Part shown: positions 39,965-54,150 of the stretch, piece after piece | How positions within the stretch are numbered: position 1 is the stretch's first letter | How the letters are laid out: each line of letters starts with the position of its first letter | Assembly (NCBI GenBank): GCA_012295275.1 | Contig: CM022665.1 | Coordinates: 40,858,001 to 40,922,000 of the forward strand | DNA from: Chrysomallon squamiferum | Lineage: Eukaryota; Animalia; Mollusca | Direction of reading: 5' to 3' | DNA: 64,000 nt | Program-made: the position numbers and the translations under genes | Notes under the pieces: generated by a model | The model's database searches: none | What the model saw: only the letters and a program-made list of their open reading frames with translations | What the model was told of the DNA's origin: nothing

Positions 39965-40730
39965 ATGTGTTATTTCCCTGTGACAGTTCTGTGTTATTGT
40001 ATTATGTGGTGTGTGCTGTGTTGTATACAACTCTGTTATTCATTTTAGCTATATCCTCAGTATTTTTAAACAGTATGCAGTGAGGACTTTGGTTTATTAT
40101 GAATGTCTATATCATTAAAACGTGTCAACAATTTTAAAAGTTGACTGTTCAAGCAGGTTATTTCCCCTTGTATTAAACTCTGTGGTATGTGCTGTGTTGT
40201 TATTTATTTCTCACATTTGCAGTGTGTATCTTTAAATAACAGGAACCAGTCAAGACTATGGTTTATATTATTAAAACATAAAATCAATTTACAGTCTTGA
40301 CTGTTCAAATTGTTTAATTCCCTATTGACAATACTTCCTCCTTTTGTTTTCGTGAATAGTGTCTTGTTATGTGTTAACAGTTTATTGTGAAATTAAATAA
40401 AAATTTTGTTTTTGTTTGACTAATTTATTTCCCAGTGATGACTCTGTGGTATGTGCTGTCTTTCTTTTTGCAACAAAATTAAGGACAATATTTTATTTAT
40501 GTAATAATTTACATAAGGTGATTACCTAAGATAAAATATAAAATCTTAATAATGGTATGTGCTGTGCTGTTATTTACAAGAAGTTATACATAATGAGGGT
40601 TACTGTTTTTAGTGAAAGCTTATATACATGAAGTATTAAAAGTATTAAAATTTCAGTCACTAAACTGTATATATTTCTCTATATTATCCACATCTCTTTA
40701 TTATATTTTGTGATATGTACTGTTCTGTAA
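39965..40730. repeat. Degenerate tandem duplications of about 110-260 bp
   Basis: tgtggtatgtgctgt-like blocks occur at about 40006, 40181, 40445, 40553 and 40709. The block gact.tggttta...attaaaac...ttgactgttcaa is duplicated at about 40085-40152 and 40254-40308. Confidence 0.6.
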
Positions 40731-42449
40731 ATAATCAAAAATAAGAGAAAATCTTTACTGTTAATGGGTTGGTTTAATTTTTATCAGTTACATTCACTAC
40801 TATCTCTGATCTGATCACAAATAGGTGTAAAAGTAAAATGGAGTTCCAGTTATACTCATTCTTTTAAAGATATTTGTTCTGACAACATATATTAACTGTA
40901 ACAATCAAACAGATATCAGTCTACTGCTGGATAACAAAGGATATAATTTTATGATATATCTTACAGACACCTAATTTAAATTGTCGTGTAATTATAATAA
41001 GCAGAGTTTTATTATGTTTGAGTTTTAATTATTATAATGAAATATTACTTCATTATTCTGTCATCAGTCTGAAGTTTTTTAGTTTTTTTTTGTAAAAGCA
41101 TTAGTTAATATAGACTTGTTATTTGAATATATTTTTTTACAGTATTAATAAAAAAATGAAATTTTGAAAAATATTTTAAATTTGTTGAAAGATTATCAAG
41201 TGATTAATCTTTTTAAAATTCTTTCTTCTTTATTTTTCACCTTCTGTTTTTGTTTTTTTGTTTTGTATTCTTTCCTTTTCTTCTTTTCACCCCCCCCCTA
41301 CATTATGTACATTTTTAAACATTACTATAATTATTAATTTTTTATTTTATAATGGTTGTTGAATCTTTGCCAAAAGCAATGTTTTGGCAAAGAACAAAGG
41401 GATTTACTAAAAGTCATTAATGTTTTGACTAATAATACAAACACATAAAATCATTGAGGATTTTTCATGTTTTTCTTTCTTGTTTTCTCATCACAGTCTT
41501 TAATTCTTTCTTTCCTTCCTTACTTTCTCTCCTTCTTTACTTTCTCTCCATCTACTCTCCTTCATTTGCACCCTTTCTGTTTCTTCCTTCTTCCTTTCTT
41601 TATATTTCTTTCACTTTCTTTCTCTCTCTCTCTCTTTCTGTTTGTGTGTGTGTGTGTAAAAATACACACACACACACAGAGATAGAGAAAAAAAGAGTGA
41701 AAGAGAGATTATAAATAAATCTGTTTTTAAAAGCTCCAGAAATTATCTGGGTTTTGGGGTGTTTTTTTTTTAATTATGATTAAATACCTTTCATAAATGC
41801 ATTTTTGTAATTTCATTATGGTCTACATCAGCCATTAATCACAATGGACAAGTAAGATTCATCTTGGTTAATCAACCAGGTAGCATGGAAAATTAAACCT
41901 ACAACAGCATAACCTACACTAATTCCCATGTTAAATAACCAACGTCATTTATTATATTTTTTTTTCAGAATCTTACTCAGTCAAGGCTAAATATGGTCAA
42001 CTGGTTGACCAGTCATGTAAAAACAACAACATTAGGATGTATCATTAGTTGTGAAATTACCATGACAAGAACCAAGTGAAAAACCCCCCCAAAAAACCAT
42101 GATGAGATTTTAAGCAGGTGTTGAAATCAGTAACCACATTTTCCATCGTTTCAGTTTTAAAGATGTTGCAAATTTAATTGACTGTAAAAACTTTGTCCAT
42201 AGTTGTGAATGAAACAGTTGAGAAGTTAATTGGCCTTAACAGTTGTTTCGGAATTGTGAATAATGTTAAATGTACCTTGTTGTCTGTCCTTCAGTATCAT
42301 AATTAATTGTTACTTGTTTTATGACAGAAATGATTTAATATTGATGGTTACTTGGTATGGACTACTTTTCTATTTTTGTTTTTGTTTTTGTTTTATTATT
42401 ATTATTACTTTTTGATTTACTTTTTATTTTTTGTTTTTTAATTACACAC

Positions 42450-42492
<43 letters not shown>

Positions 42493-42585
42493 TATAAATA
42501 TAAATAGTTTTGTTTTGTACATAAGTTTAATCAACTGTCTGGGCTATTCAAGTCTTTAGGCAATCCCCATCCCCTAACCCCACCC

Positions 42586-42626
<41 letters not shown>

Positions 42627-43299
42627 TTCAAGATGTCCAGCAGTTAGAATTTTACATAAATGCCAGACAGATTTGTGCACTCAATTCACCTCCTTACTCA
42701 AGGACAAGACAAACTCTAATACAATGATGGGGGTAGTGAAGTCTGCCTGAATCTAAATAAAAACTCCAAAGAAAATTTACTTTCTTATACCTCAGATCAG
42801 CAGCTTTTGAATTCATCTCGTCACGTATGTAATTAGCATTATCACTGATTCGGGAATTCACCAATGTATTCAAATTTGTAAGCCAAGTTAATAAAGTGTA
42901 AACATTTCCTAAGACCTTTTCAAGACATATAATTAATGCCTGTTTTCTGGGCTTAAGTAATAAAAACAATTTTTTCTGTGTGTAATAAAGCATGATGACA
43001 TAATGATTTTGAAAACGTACAAATTGGGTGAATAGTAAACATTGTCAAAAAAAAAGAAGAAAAATTAACAAGTCATTGATCTTAAATAATGTTTGCACGT
43101 CTGTCTGTGTTTGTTTGTCTGTGGGTGTCCATGTGTGTATGTATGTTTGTTCTAGCTAGTAAATTTATATCTTCACTATGAAGACTGGTATGGCCGTCTG
43201 ACATCAGGAATTTTAACTGAGGTAAACATAAACGGTAATGAAGCATTGTTCTGGGCTGAACAAAATATTCTTTGATGCACCAAAGACTCTGCCTCAGTG

Positions 43300-43425
43300 T
43301 CCTGTCAAGAGACAGTGGATCATTGGACTTTTTCTCATTCCAGCCAATGCTGCACACTTGATGTAACAAAAGACCACGGTATGTACTATCCTGATGTGAC
43401 ATGATGAAAACAAAAGGCCTTTCCT
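43300..43425 (+). mobile_element. Diverged SINE-like core fragment (best-preserved copy)
   Basis: cattggactttttctcattccagccaatgctgcacacttgatgtaacaaaagaccacggtatgtactatcctg aligns to the copies at 18925, 24363, 30575 and 62175. From memory it resembles a tRNA-head SINE core common in gastropod genomes (unverified). Confidence 0.7.
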
Positions 43426-45549
43426 TCTGTTATAACTATCAAAAATCATGACTTACTGGGTCTGAATTCAGATGGATCCTCTCTTTGACTAGAGATATAG
43501 AGGAAATGGGAAATATATTGATGGATCCTCCCTTCAACAAGAGACATGGGAGGTACACTGATGGATGCTCTGGTCCTTTGATTTATTATTTTGAAAGTAG
43601 TGTTAAATTCTTGAGGTGCTTCATCATGCTCCCACAGAGACAGGTTCTAGCTACAATTACAAATGAATAGGCATGGAATCTTGTAATTACTGTAATTGCT
43701 GTTAAAAACATGTTGTTGGTTTTTTAATTTTGAGTTCAGATCACTTCATTTTTATTTTATGTTTTTCAATTTTTGGGTTTTTGGGTTTTTTTTTAAGTGA
43801 ATAATACATTAAACTGCCAAAAATAAGTTCTTATGATATGAAAGTTCTGAGAATCAGACATGTTTGAATCAGAATGAAATATCAGTAACATGGCAACTCT
43901 CACTGGACAAACTAATACATAATTATACACAACACTACAGTATTCAGTAGTATTATTAAATATATACATTCCAACATGCAAGTAATGATAATATAAAAAT
44001 ATTTTTTTATAGTGAAGTTAAGAAACTCTACCTGTGTGACTATGTCCTTTATGTAATTGACCAGCAATGTCATATCATCAGGTCCTTCACTTTTACAAGT
44101 GATTCATTTTAGAATGAAAACAACCTAGAACTCTGTCTTGAACACAATAAATCAACCCAAACTACATATATAAATACATACATATCTTATTACCTGTTTA
44201 CACCTACACAAATTATTTTCTTGCCTTTTTTCTTTTTCTTTTCATCTGTTAATATATATGTCTAAATGTGCAAGTCATGCAGGTAAGATAATTTGCAGGA
44301 TATTAAAAGAAATTCATTGAGTCTGATGATTTTTTTTTTTTTTTTCCCCCTTTTTTTTCTCTTTTAAATCACATCTTTGATGTGCTTTTTTTTTTTTTTT
44401 TTTTTTTTTAAAGACATTTTTAAGAGAGGGAATTTCAGAAGGTAATCTGTCAGAATTAGTGTTTGAAAATTCTCCAACACATACTTGAAAGTTCTTGAAT
44501 TTGATTAAACAGTTAAGGCTGGTGAACCTTTGGTATTTGTCAAACCTCCAACATCAATATAGAAAGAGATTTCAATCTGTGATTAAACTTAGATTTTTGC
44601 TTAAGGGTTATGTTTCTGTTTGTCGCTTGAACTTGGTTTTTAGGAACAAGGAAAATCAGAGATTTAAAAAAAATATGGGAAAAAAATAAATGAAAACAAG
44701 ATGTTTTTACGCTTTTTTTTTTTAAAAAGAGAAAAAAGTAGACGATATGAAAGAAGATTGGATACAATGTAATGAACATGCACCCACTTGTTGATCACAG
44801 CTGATTATCATTTGTTTGAAAGCAAACATTTTCTGCCTCTAGCAGTTCATTTGATTTTAATTACAGTATGAAGTGGAAAGGATTGAGTGTACTTCTGAAG
44901 TTTTGCTTTTCTGATTCTTTCAGTGAGAAAAATGTGTCCACTGACACATAAAATGAGTTTTGAAATTGTTTGTTCAGTTCTCATCCACAGAACCACAAAG
45001 TTGTTTAATGTGTTTAAAAACAACGTCCAGTTTGTTGTAAGTTTTCATTATGTAAACCTCTCTCTCTCCATCTCTCTCTCTCTTTCTCACCATCCCTCAT
45101 TCATACATATATGCACACATGTGCACATGTATGCACCAGACACACAAACACACACATACAAAAACATACGTGCATTTTCAATAATCCAAATATGTAGATA
45201 AAAATTAATTTTGATATAATATAATCTTTGCTGGACAGTTTATATTTTTTTGTTTGAGTTAATTTTGTACAACATACATTCTAATGTATAAGAAAGGTGC
45301 TACAGTTCAATGTCTCATGTACTGACACAAACAGTAACACACACACACAAAGCTTGACCACACCTTGCTTAATGTAAGAGCCAAATATGATTAACTTCAG
45401 ATGTCTGAAAGCAGCAAGACGTGTCAGTTTACCTTTTATATTAATTGTCACGTGAAAAAAGCTCTGACAATTTGTTTCCGCAGACCAAACATTAAATGTC
45501 AAAGAACTGCATGTGGCTCTCGAGTCATGGTTTGATCATTACATATCAT

Positions 45550-45592
<43 letters not shown>

Positions 45593-47014
45593 GTGTCTAA
45601 TCAGTATATCACTTTAATTATTTCTTATTTCCTATTTGGCATAGGCATCAACATTTTGTCCTGATAAGATATCTAGATATGTACAATATCAAATATTTTT
45701 TATTTTTTTTATTTTTAAATTATTATTATATGTCTTTTGTTTTTGATTATGTATCTTTTGTGTACAATTTCATCAATGTGTATTTTTATAGCCCTGAAAA
45801 TTGTTAATAGGCAGAAATGAAATAGTATTAGTCATATCTACTAATAAAGTAATAATAATAAGAAAAATAAATTTTATACACACACACAAACACATATTAT
45901 TATTATTTTGTTTTGATGTATAGTGACAACAAAATCAACCTAGAGCTGTCAAGAGCAGTTTTAGTTGTTGTATTATTTAGTATTGCTGTATAAAAGAAAT
46001 AACTGGTTACTATCTTAATATGTTAGCTTTATCATACAAAAAAAAAAAATGTCCTGATGCATCACAGCAGAGCCTCACAGAATTTGGCCATTCTCACCTT
46101 CACAGAATAAAGCTAGTACTTACGATAATAACCAGTTACTCCCCTGTCTATGGTTTAATATTAGTTACATCATAATCAGATAACAGTATGTAAGAACCCC
46201 AGTTTTATATTTCAAAACAATTATTCATAAATGTTTTAAATGTCTCTTTTTTTCATCAGATGTGATTCTTTCTGACATGTTTTGAGAGCAATTTTATCTA
46301 CTTGTACAAGAATTAATTACCCCATCTGATTTAACTGAATAATCCTTCTGTCACAGAAAAAAATTATCTGGAAGGCAATTTGTCAAGAATAATAAGATAA
46401 ATATCTGACAATTGAGAAATCTTGAGAGATCCCCTCAAAAATTAATAAATTGCCTCCATTTTTGCAAATCCAGTTTAATGTCAAGTTGGCTTAAGTACTA
46501 TAAATTCAGTGTGTACTTTCAAAGCTGTGGTTTTCTGAAGTAATGGGCAAATTAAGGGAATGTATTTCACTGATGCAGCCTTTTTTTTTTCTCTCTCTCT
46601 CTCTCTTTTTTTTCTTTTTTTTAATCACATTTACCAGTTCTGAAAGGCTTTTTCATTAATGAAATCAAGTTTTAGAGTAGATTTTATTAAGTAATTTTTT
46701 TTATTAATTGATTTTCTGTTTTAAATTTTCTTTAAAATTTAAACTTTTATATTGTTTAGATTTATTTTTATTGTTTTGTTTTCATTAAGGAAAACATCCT
46801 CTTAGTTAGATGTTGAAAATTTATTTATTTATTTATTTTTTTTAATTAATTAAATTAGTTTAAGTGTCTATTTTCAGTAAAATTTTAATGTAAGATGTTT
46901 TCATTTAAGAAAATGTTAAATTGCAATTAATAATTTTTTATTTGATTGATTTATTATTATTATTGTTATTATATTTTATTATATTACATATACCATACTG
47001 TGCTGTGCTACACA

Positions 47015-49168
47015 ATAAACTAGACTAAACTACACTAGACTACACTACACTACACTACACTACACTACACTAAACTACACTACACTACACTACACTACAC
47101 TACACTACACTACACTACACTACATTATACCACACTACACTACACTACACTACACTACACTACACTACACTACACTACATTATACCACACTACACTACAC
47201 TACACTACACTACACTACACTACACTACACTACACTACACTACACTACACTACACTATTACACTACTATACTACACTATACTACACTACACTACACTACA
47301 CTACACTACATTATACCACACTACACTACACTACACTACACTACACTACACTACACTACACTACACTACACTACACTACATTATACCACACTACACTACA
47401 CTACACTACACTACACTACACTACACTACACTACACTACACTACACTACACTACACTACACTACACTACACTACACTACACTACACTACACTACACTACA
47501 CTAAACTACACTACACTACACTACACTAAACTACACTAAACTACACTACACTACACTACACTACACTACACTACATTATACCACACTAAACTACACTAAA
47601 CTACACTAGACTAAACTACACTACACTACACTACACTACACTACACTACACTACACTAAACTACACTACACTACACTACACTACACTACACTACATTATA
47701 CCACACTAAACTACACTAAACTAAACTACACTACACTACACTACACTACACTACACTACACTACACTACACTACACTACACTACACTACACTACACTACA
47801 CTACACTACACTACACTACATTATACCACACTAAACTACACTAAACTATACTACACTACACTAAACTACACTAAACTACACTAAACTAAACTACACTACA
47901 CTACACTACACTACATTATACCACACTAAACTACACTAAACTATACTACACTACACTAAACTAAACTACACTAAACTACACTACACTACAAACTAAACTA
48001 CACTACACTACACTATACTACACTACACTAAACTACACTAAACTACACTAAACTATACTATACTACACTAAACTACACTACACTAAACTACACTACACTA
48101 AACTAAACTACACTAAACTACACTACACTAAACTACACTACACTATACTACACTACACTAAACTACACTAAACTACACTACACTACACTATACTACACTA
48201 CACTAAACTACACTAAACTACACTACACTACACTATACTACACTACACTAAACTACACTAAACTACACTACACTATACTACACTACACTAAACTACACTA
48301 AACTACACTACACTACACTAAACTACACTAAACTACACTACATTATACTACACTAAACTACACTAAACTACACTACACTACACTAAACTACACTAAACTA
48401 CACTACACTACACTACACTAAACTACACTACACTACACTAAACTACACTAAACTACACTAAACTACACTAAACTACACTAAACTACACTATACTACACTA
48501 CACTACACTACACTAAACTATACTACACTAAACTACACTAAACTACACTACACTACACTACACTACACTACATTATACTACACTAAACTACACTAAACTA
48601 TACTACACTACACTAAACTACACTAAACTACACTACACTACACTACACTACATTATACTACACTAAACTACACTAAACTATACTACACTACACTAAACTA
48701 CACTAAACTACACTAAACTACACTACACTACACTACACTAAACTACACTACACTACACTACACTACACTAAACTACACTAAACTACACTACACTACACTA
48801 CACTATACTACACTACACTAAACTAAACTACACTAAACTACACTACACTACACTATACTACACTACACTAAACTACACTAAACTACACTACACTACACTA
48901 TACTACACTACACTAAACTACACTATACTACACTACACTAAACTACACTAAACTACACGACACTATACACTACACTACACTATACTACACTATACTACAC
49001 TACACTACACTATACTACACTACACTAAACTACACTAAACTACACTACACTATACTACACTACACTAAACTACACTATACTACACTACACTAAACTACAC
49101 TAAACTACACTACACTACACTATACTACACTACACTAAGCTACACCTAACTACACTACACTACACTAT
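47015..49168. repeat. Pentanucleotide satellite (CTACA)n, about 2.15 kb, with CTAAA, CTATA and TTATACCACA variants
   Basis: Directly visible array of about 430 pentamer units with decaying edges. Confidence 0.99.
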
Positions 49169-49369
49169 ATTATTTTACATTATACTGTATTATTTTAATT
49201 TATCTATTTTATTTATTATTTGTATATTTATTTTTATTAATTTGTTGTTTCCATGATAGTGTAGGTTATATAATACTTTGAACAATCGCATGACTGCTAG
49301 CTTGCATACTGAAATCTGATTTTTAACTGTACAAGAAAACAAAGAGGACTGCCACTTGGTTCTGGCCTG

Positions 49370-49535
49370 ATGTTTGATTGATCACTGGATTATTTCTCAT
49401 TTCTCCACTTTGAGCTGTTTGCCATTAACTGCAGTGTCCCCAGTCTGCTTAATAATCAAAGGTCAAAGCATATACGTTTGTCTCTGAGGAAACAAAGGTA
49501 CATATAAAAAAGAGTCCCATGTTGCTAATCAATGA
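49370..49535 (+). mobile_element. Diverged SINE-like fragment
   Basis: cactggattatttctcatt...atcaaagg...ggtacatataaaaaagagtcccatgttgctaatc, compared with ggtgcatataaaagatccctagctgctgatc at 24421. Confidence 0.55.
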
Positions 49536-52108
49536 ACTAATCCCTAAGGTGACAAAACCGATTTCTCATATGTCATAATTATGCAAAAATCTTTGACACT
49601 TCATAACCATTAACAAAGAAATGTGTCGTGAGATGTCATTAAAATTAATAAACTGATTAATTAAACCTTCTGGGTTTTGTAGATTAGGTTCAGAATGGCT
49701 TGAATGTTAACGTTAGTTTCTCGTGTTTAATTATAAACCATATCATAAGCTTTTAAGCTCTGCATAACATTTGCTTTTGTTTTCGTGGCTTTGTTTTCTA
49801 CACCAGGTTTGTCATAATACTGGCTTTTCCATTAATATCTGTTTTCATAGCCTTACTCAGATGTGTAACCAAGTTTATCATAACAGGCATCAGTCCATTG
49901 TGGCATAGTCCTGATCTTATGCATCATTCATTTCTTCTTAGTCCCCCCCACCACTGGAATATTTCCCGATCTTCCAGTGCTCACTGATCTTTTTATCATT
50001 GTTCTGTTGCCTGTGGGAAGTTCACAGAAAAAAAAAAAAAGAAAAAAAAAAGGAAAAAAGAAGAAGAAGAAAAGGAAATCGAAAAAAACATAACATAACA
50101 GCAACCAGCATCCACTGACATTATCATGGCACTTTGGATTTCAGTGTCCTAAGCTGTAGCATTTTTTAGCTTATGTCTAATTCCATTCTTGCATACCACA
50201 AACCATTGATAAATTAATCAAAGAACTGTGGCAGGGATTGGAAACAGCCAGACTGGCACAAACAGAGATTACGTATAGCAATTATATTTACACATGTTGA
50301 TGTTATTTTATCACACATTAAGGATATATTTGCTAGTTAATGTTAATCTGTCTTTGCAGTCATTATTTGTGTTGGTGTCATGGTAGATTGCATCTCATGA
50401 TTGTATAAGTGGTCTGCTAGCTTGGTGTTTGTTGTGTACTATTTTCATTTCCACATATCTGCTTTTGCTCAGTTTCTTCTACAAAAGAGCCAGAGTCCAG
50501 AATGACATTAATTTGATGCCAGTTAGTTCTTTGTTGTTTCAGTACTGTGTATATCTTTGTTTAGACTTACTTGCTTCCATAACATAGTTTCTTCTATAAA
50601 AGAGTCAGAGCCAAAATGACGTTAATTTCTAGACCTTTGTTCTCTCAGCTTTTCAGTAGATGAAACACACTGAAAGTCTTCATCTTAATAAACTAAAGTC
50701 TTAGCTTTTATAATCCAATTCCTCTGGCTGTAATAGAAACTTAATCATTTTTTTTTTTTTTTTTTTTTTACTTTCATTGAAATGTGGTCATTTATTTTAA
50801 TTTTTTTAATAATTATTATTATTATTATTATTTTAATTTATTATTATTATTTTTTATATATTCTCCATCACAATATTATTTTCGTTAATTCTGAAGATTT
50901 CTTTTAAAAACACTGATTTGGATCTGAAATTATTTTTCTTATTTTTTTTCTTCTGATGATTACTTTGAAAAATGATTTGTGTTTATTTTTTAATTAATCA
51001 AAAAAAGTTAATATCAGATATTTCAAAAATTATTATTATCATCATGTATTAACAAAGGTTCTTTGATCTCTTTAGCTTCAGGTACTGATTGCACTGCATA
51101 TCAGTATTTTAACTTTTAATTTTTAACAAATTATAATCTTCTGTTGGTTATGTTAATCACTGGTGGTTATAGCAAATTTTTAAATTGGACTTCAATGTAA
51201 TTTAAAATTTTTAAATTATTATTTATTATTAAATTTGTTGATTACCATTGGTATAGCAGTTTGTTTAACTGAACATCAGTGTTTAAATTGTGGTTATTTG
51301 TCAAAAATTATTGACAGCTATATTAAAATTTTTGATTACTATAGACACAAGTGATATTGTACTTAATTCTTTTTCTTTTTGAAATTATTAGTACATTATT
51401 TTTAAAACTTATTAAATTTATTTTAGAATTTTTATCTTTTATAAAGTATACACAATATAGTCCTATATGTGTTGTATTTATTTATTTATTAAGACAATAT
51501 TAAAGTGATATTGTTCTTTTTAAATTATTTTCTTTTTAGATATGTGATGTAACAGTCATTTCCATTCATTTATTATAAATCTGGCTTATAGAGTTTTAAG
51601 TTCAAAGCCTTGTGTGTTCTTTAGTTATTTATTTATTTAGTTTTTTAAACTTTTAATTTATTTAGTTTTTTGTATAAAAATCTCAGATTATAGCATGCTT
51701 CTATATCATTTTATACCAAGAAAGTTTTGATCAAGCATTGTTTGTATAAAAAAAAAAAAAAAAATTAATCTTTAAAAGTATTTTATGTAGTACTGACATT
51801 TAAAAAAAAAAAAAAAATGTTTATGCATAAAAAGTAGTGACTCAAAGACTAACTCTTGTTTTTTCATACAATAAAATAAAACAGCCTCCTTCACAAAGCT
51901 GTGAAAAGCAGAAGTGCAGACAGTACATCTTGAAAGGTCTAAATTTTTATATTAAGTATTCTGACATTTGACTGACACACACTTTTTTTGGTGTAAATTA
52001 AGTCTGCCCACACATGCTTTTTTTTTTTTTCTGCTTAGTTAACTACAGTTTTAAGATTTTTTTTGTTTTGTTTTTTTCAGATCACTCCCTTTTATTATTT
52101 TTATTATA

Positions 52109-52146
<38 letters not shown>

Positions 52147-52829
52147 AATTTCTTGTATTATTTTAATTTATTATTATTATCTTAACTTTTAATTCCATGT
52201 TTTATTTTTTTAGATTTTTTTTATTATTTTTTTAATCTTTTTTAAATGATTATTTTTTTTCATTTTCTTTTATTTATTTATTATTTTTTTTTTTTAAATC
52301 TTTTTTATTATTTTTTCATTTATAGCTATCATTTTTATTTTTATTTTATTTTATTCTAATGTTTTCTTTATTTTAATCTTATTTTTATATATAAATTTTA
52401 CTTGTCTGTTTTATTCAATATTTTATTTCATTTTACTTAATTGTTTTATCATTATTACTTCCTTTTTCTCAAGCACGTAAAACAAAACAAAATTCTTTCA
52501 TGCTGGGTCAAGCTGATCTTGTTAGTGTCATCAGTCATCAGTTTCTAAAAGCAAACACACTGATTGACAAGCTGTTACTTTAAAAATAATTTGTCTCCGA
52601 GGTCAACTCTAAAATTACAACTTAGCCAAACGTTTGGAAAGATTGACTCTATTATTTGCATGACATATCATATTGATTCAAGTAAAGAAAATACCAATCT
52701 TTGGTAATTCTGTTAATGTATGAAACTGAAAAATAGATTTATACTTGAACAGACCAAATGAAATCGAATGATTACTGCCCTTCTTTTGTTTTTGCTGTCT
52801 CTCCAACCCACTTTTAGCCTTTCTGTATC

Positions 52830-53255
52830 TTCTCTTTCTCTCTCTCTTTCCCTTTCTAACTATATCCTTTTTCACTATCTTCCCCTTCTCACTACATACT
52901 TTTTTTTATTATCTTCCCTTTCTCACTCTATCCCTTTCTCTATTTTCCCTTTCTCACTGTCTCACTGTATCCTTTTTCACTATCTTCCCTTTGTCACTGT
53001 ATCCTTTTATCTTCTCTTTCTCACTCTATTCCGTTCTCTGTCTTCCCTTCCTAATATATCCTTTTTTTACTATTTTTCCTTTCTCACTAATCCTTTTCTT
53101 TATCTTCCCTTTTTCTCAATATCACTTTATCACTATATCCTTCTTTCTATCTGCCCTTTCTCACTATATCCTTCTTTCTATCTTCCCCTTCTCACTACAT
53201 CCTTTTCTCTGTCATCCCTTTCTCACTATATCTTTTTATCTGTCTTCACTTTAGT
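52830..53255. repeat. Pyrimidine-rich minisatellite with 16-17 bp subunits (about 33-bp dimer)
   Basis: ctatcttccctttctca and ctatatcctttt units recur throughout. Confidence 0.85.
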
Positions 53256-53775
53256 CATTATATCCCTTTTTTTTCCCCTCTCTTTTTCTTCATTTTCTCT
53301 AACCCTCTCTCTCTATAAATATATTTATTTATCCATCTATCTCTATTAACTTTGTTAATGTAAAAGCTGTTAAGTAATAAATCTGTTAATCATAGGCTAT
53401 TTTCTTGCTTTGCATGCTCAAACACAGTGATGTCGTAGTGCAGAAAAAAAAAATAAGAAAAAAATGTTAGTTTGAATATTCAGATTTAGTTTCCAATATG
53501 GATTAAAGCAGCTTCTGTCTGCTAAATTATCAGCTGACATTTCTCTCTCAATGTCTTTCAGCTTCTATATACTCTTGTCATGTCATGAAACTGGCTAGCC
53601 ATTTTTTTTTTCTCCCCTACTTTGTGTGATATGCATACAAAATGTTTACTGAACTTGGAAATTCTGTTGACATGGCTTACGCTGTGAAATATAGAGAGGT
53701 GTGAGTTGGAGGGATGTGGTGACTAAGCTGAGATATGTAGAAAAAAATATCTTAGTGAAATATGGCTGGGAAAGC

Positions 53776-54150
53776 CAGTAAAATATGGCTAAGCTGTTAT
53801 GAATATGGCAATAAGTAAAATATGACTAAGCTGTTATGAATATGGAAATAAGTAAAATATGACAAAGTTGGAAAGAATAGGAAAACAAGTAAAATGTGAC
53901 CAAGTTGTAAAGAAATGGGAAAACAAGTAAAATATGACCAAGTTGTAAAGAAATGGGAAAACAAGTAAAATATGACCAAGTTGTAAAGAAATGGGAAAAC
54001 AAGTTAAATGTGACCAAGTTGTAAAGAAATGGGAAAACAAGTAAAATGTGACCAAGTTGTAAAGAAATGGGAAAACAAGTAAAATATGACCAAGCTGTAA
54101 TGAATGGGAAAACAAACAGAATGTGACCAAGTTGTAAAGAATGGGGGAAA
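53776..54150. repeat. 38-bp minisatellite, about 10 copies
   Basis: GAAAACAAGTAAAAT(A/G)TGACCAAGTTGTAAAGAAATGG repeats with period 38 (for example 53881 and 53919). The left-hand copies are more diverged. Confidence 0.95.

Noticed and set aside
47015-49168. Interstitial telomeric repeat
   Set aside because: CTACA/TGTAG does not match the TTAGGG or TTAGG telomere motifs.
52768-53349. Longest ORF (193 aa, signal-peptide-like start, Leu/Ser/Phe-rich)
   Set aside because: It is the translation of a pyrimidine-rich minisatellite that lacks stop codons by composition, and overlapping frames are also open.
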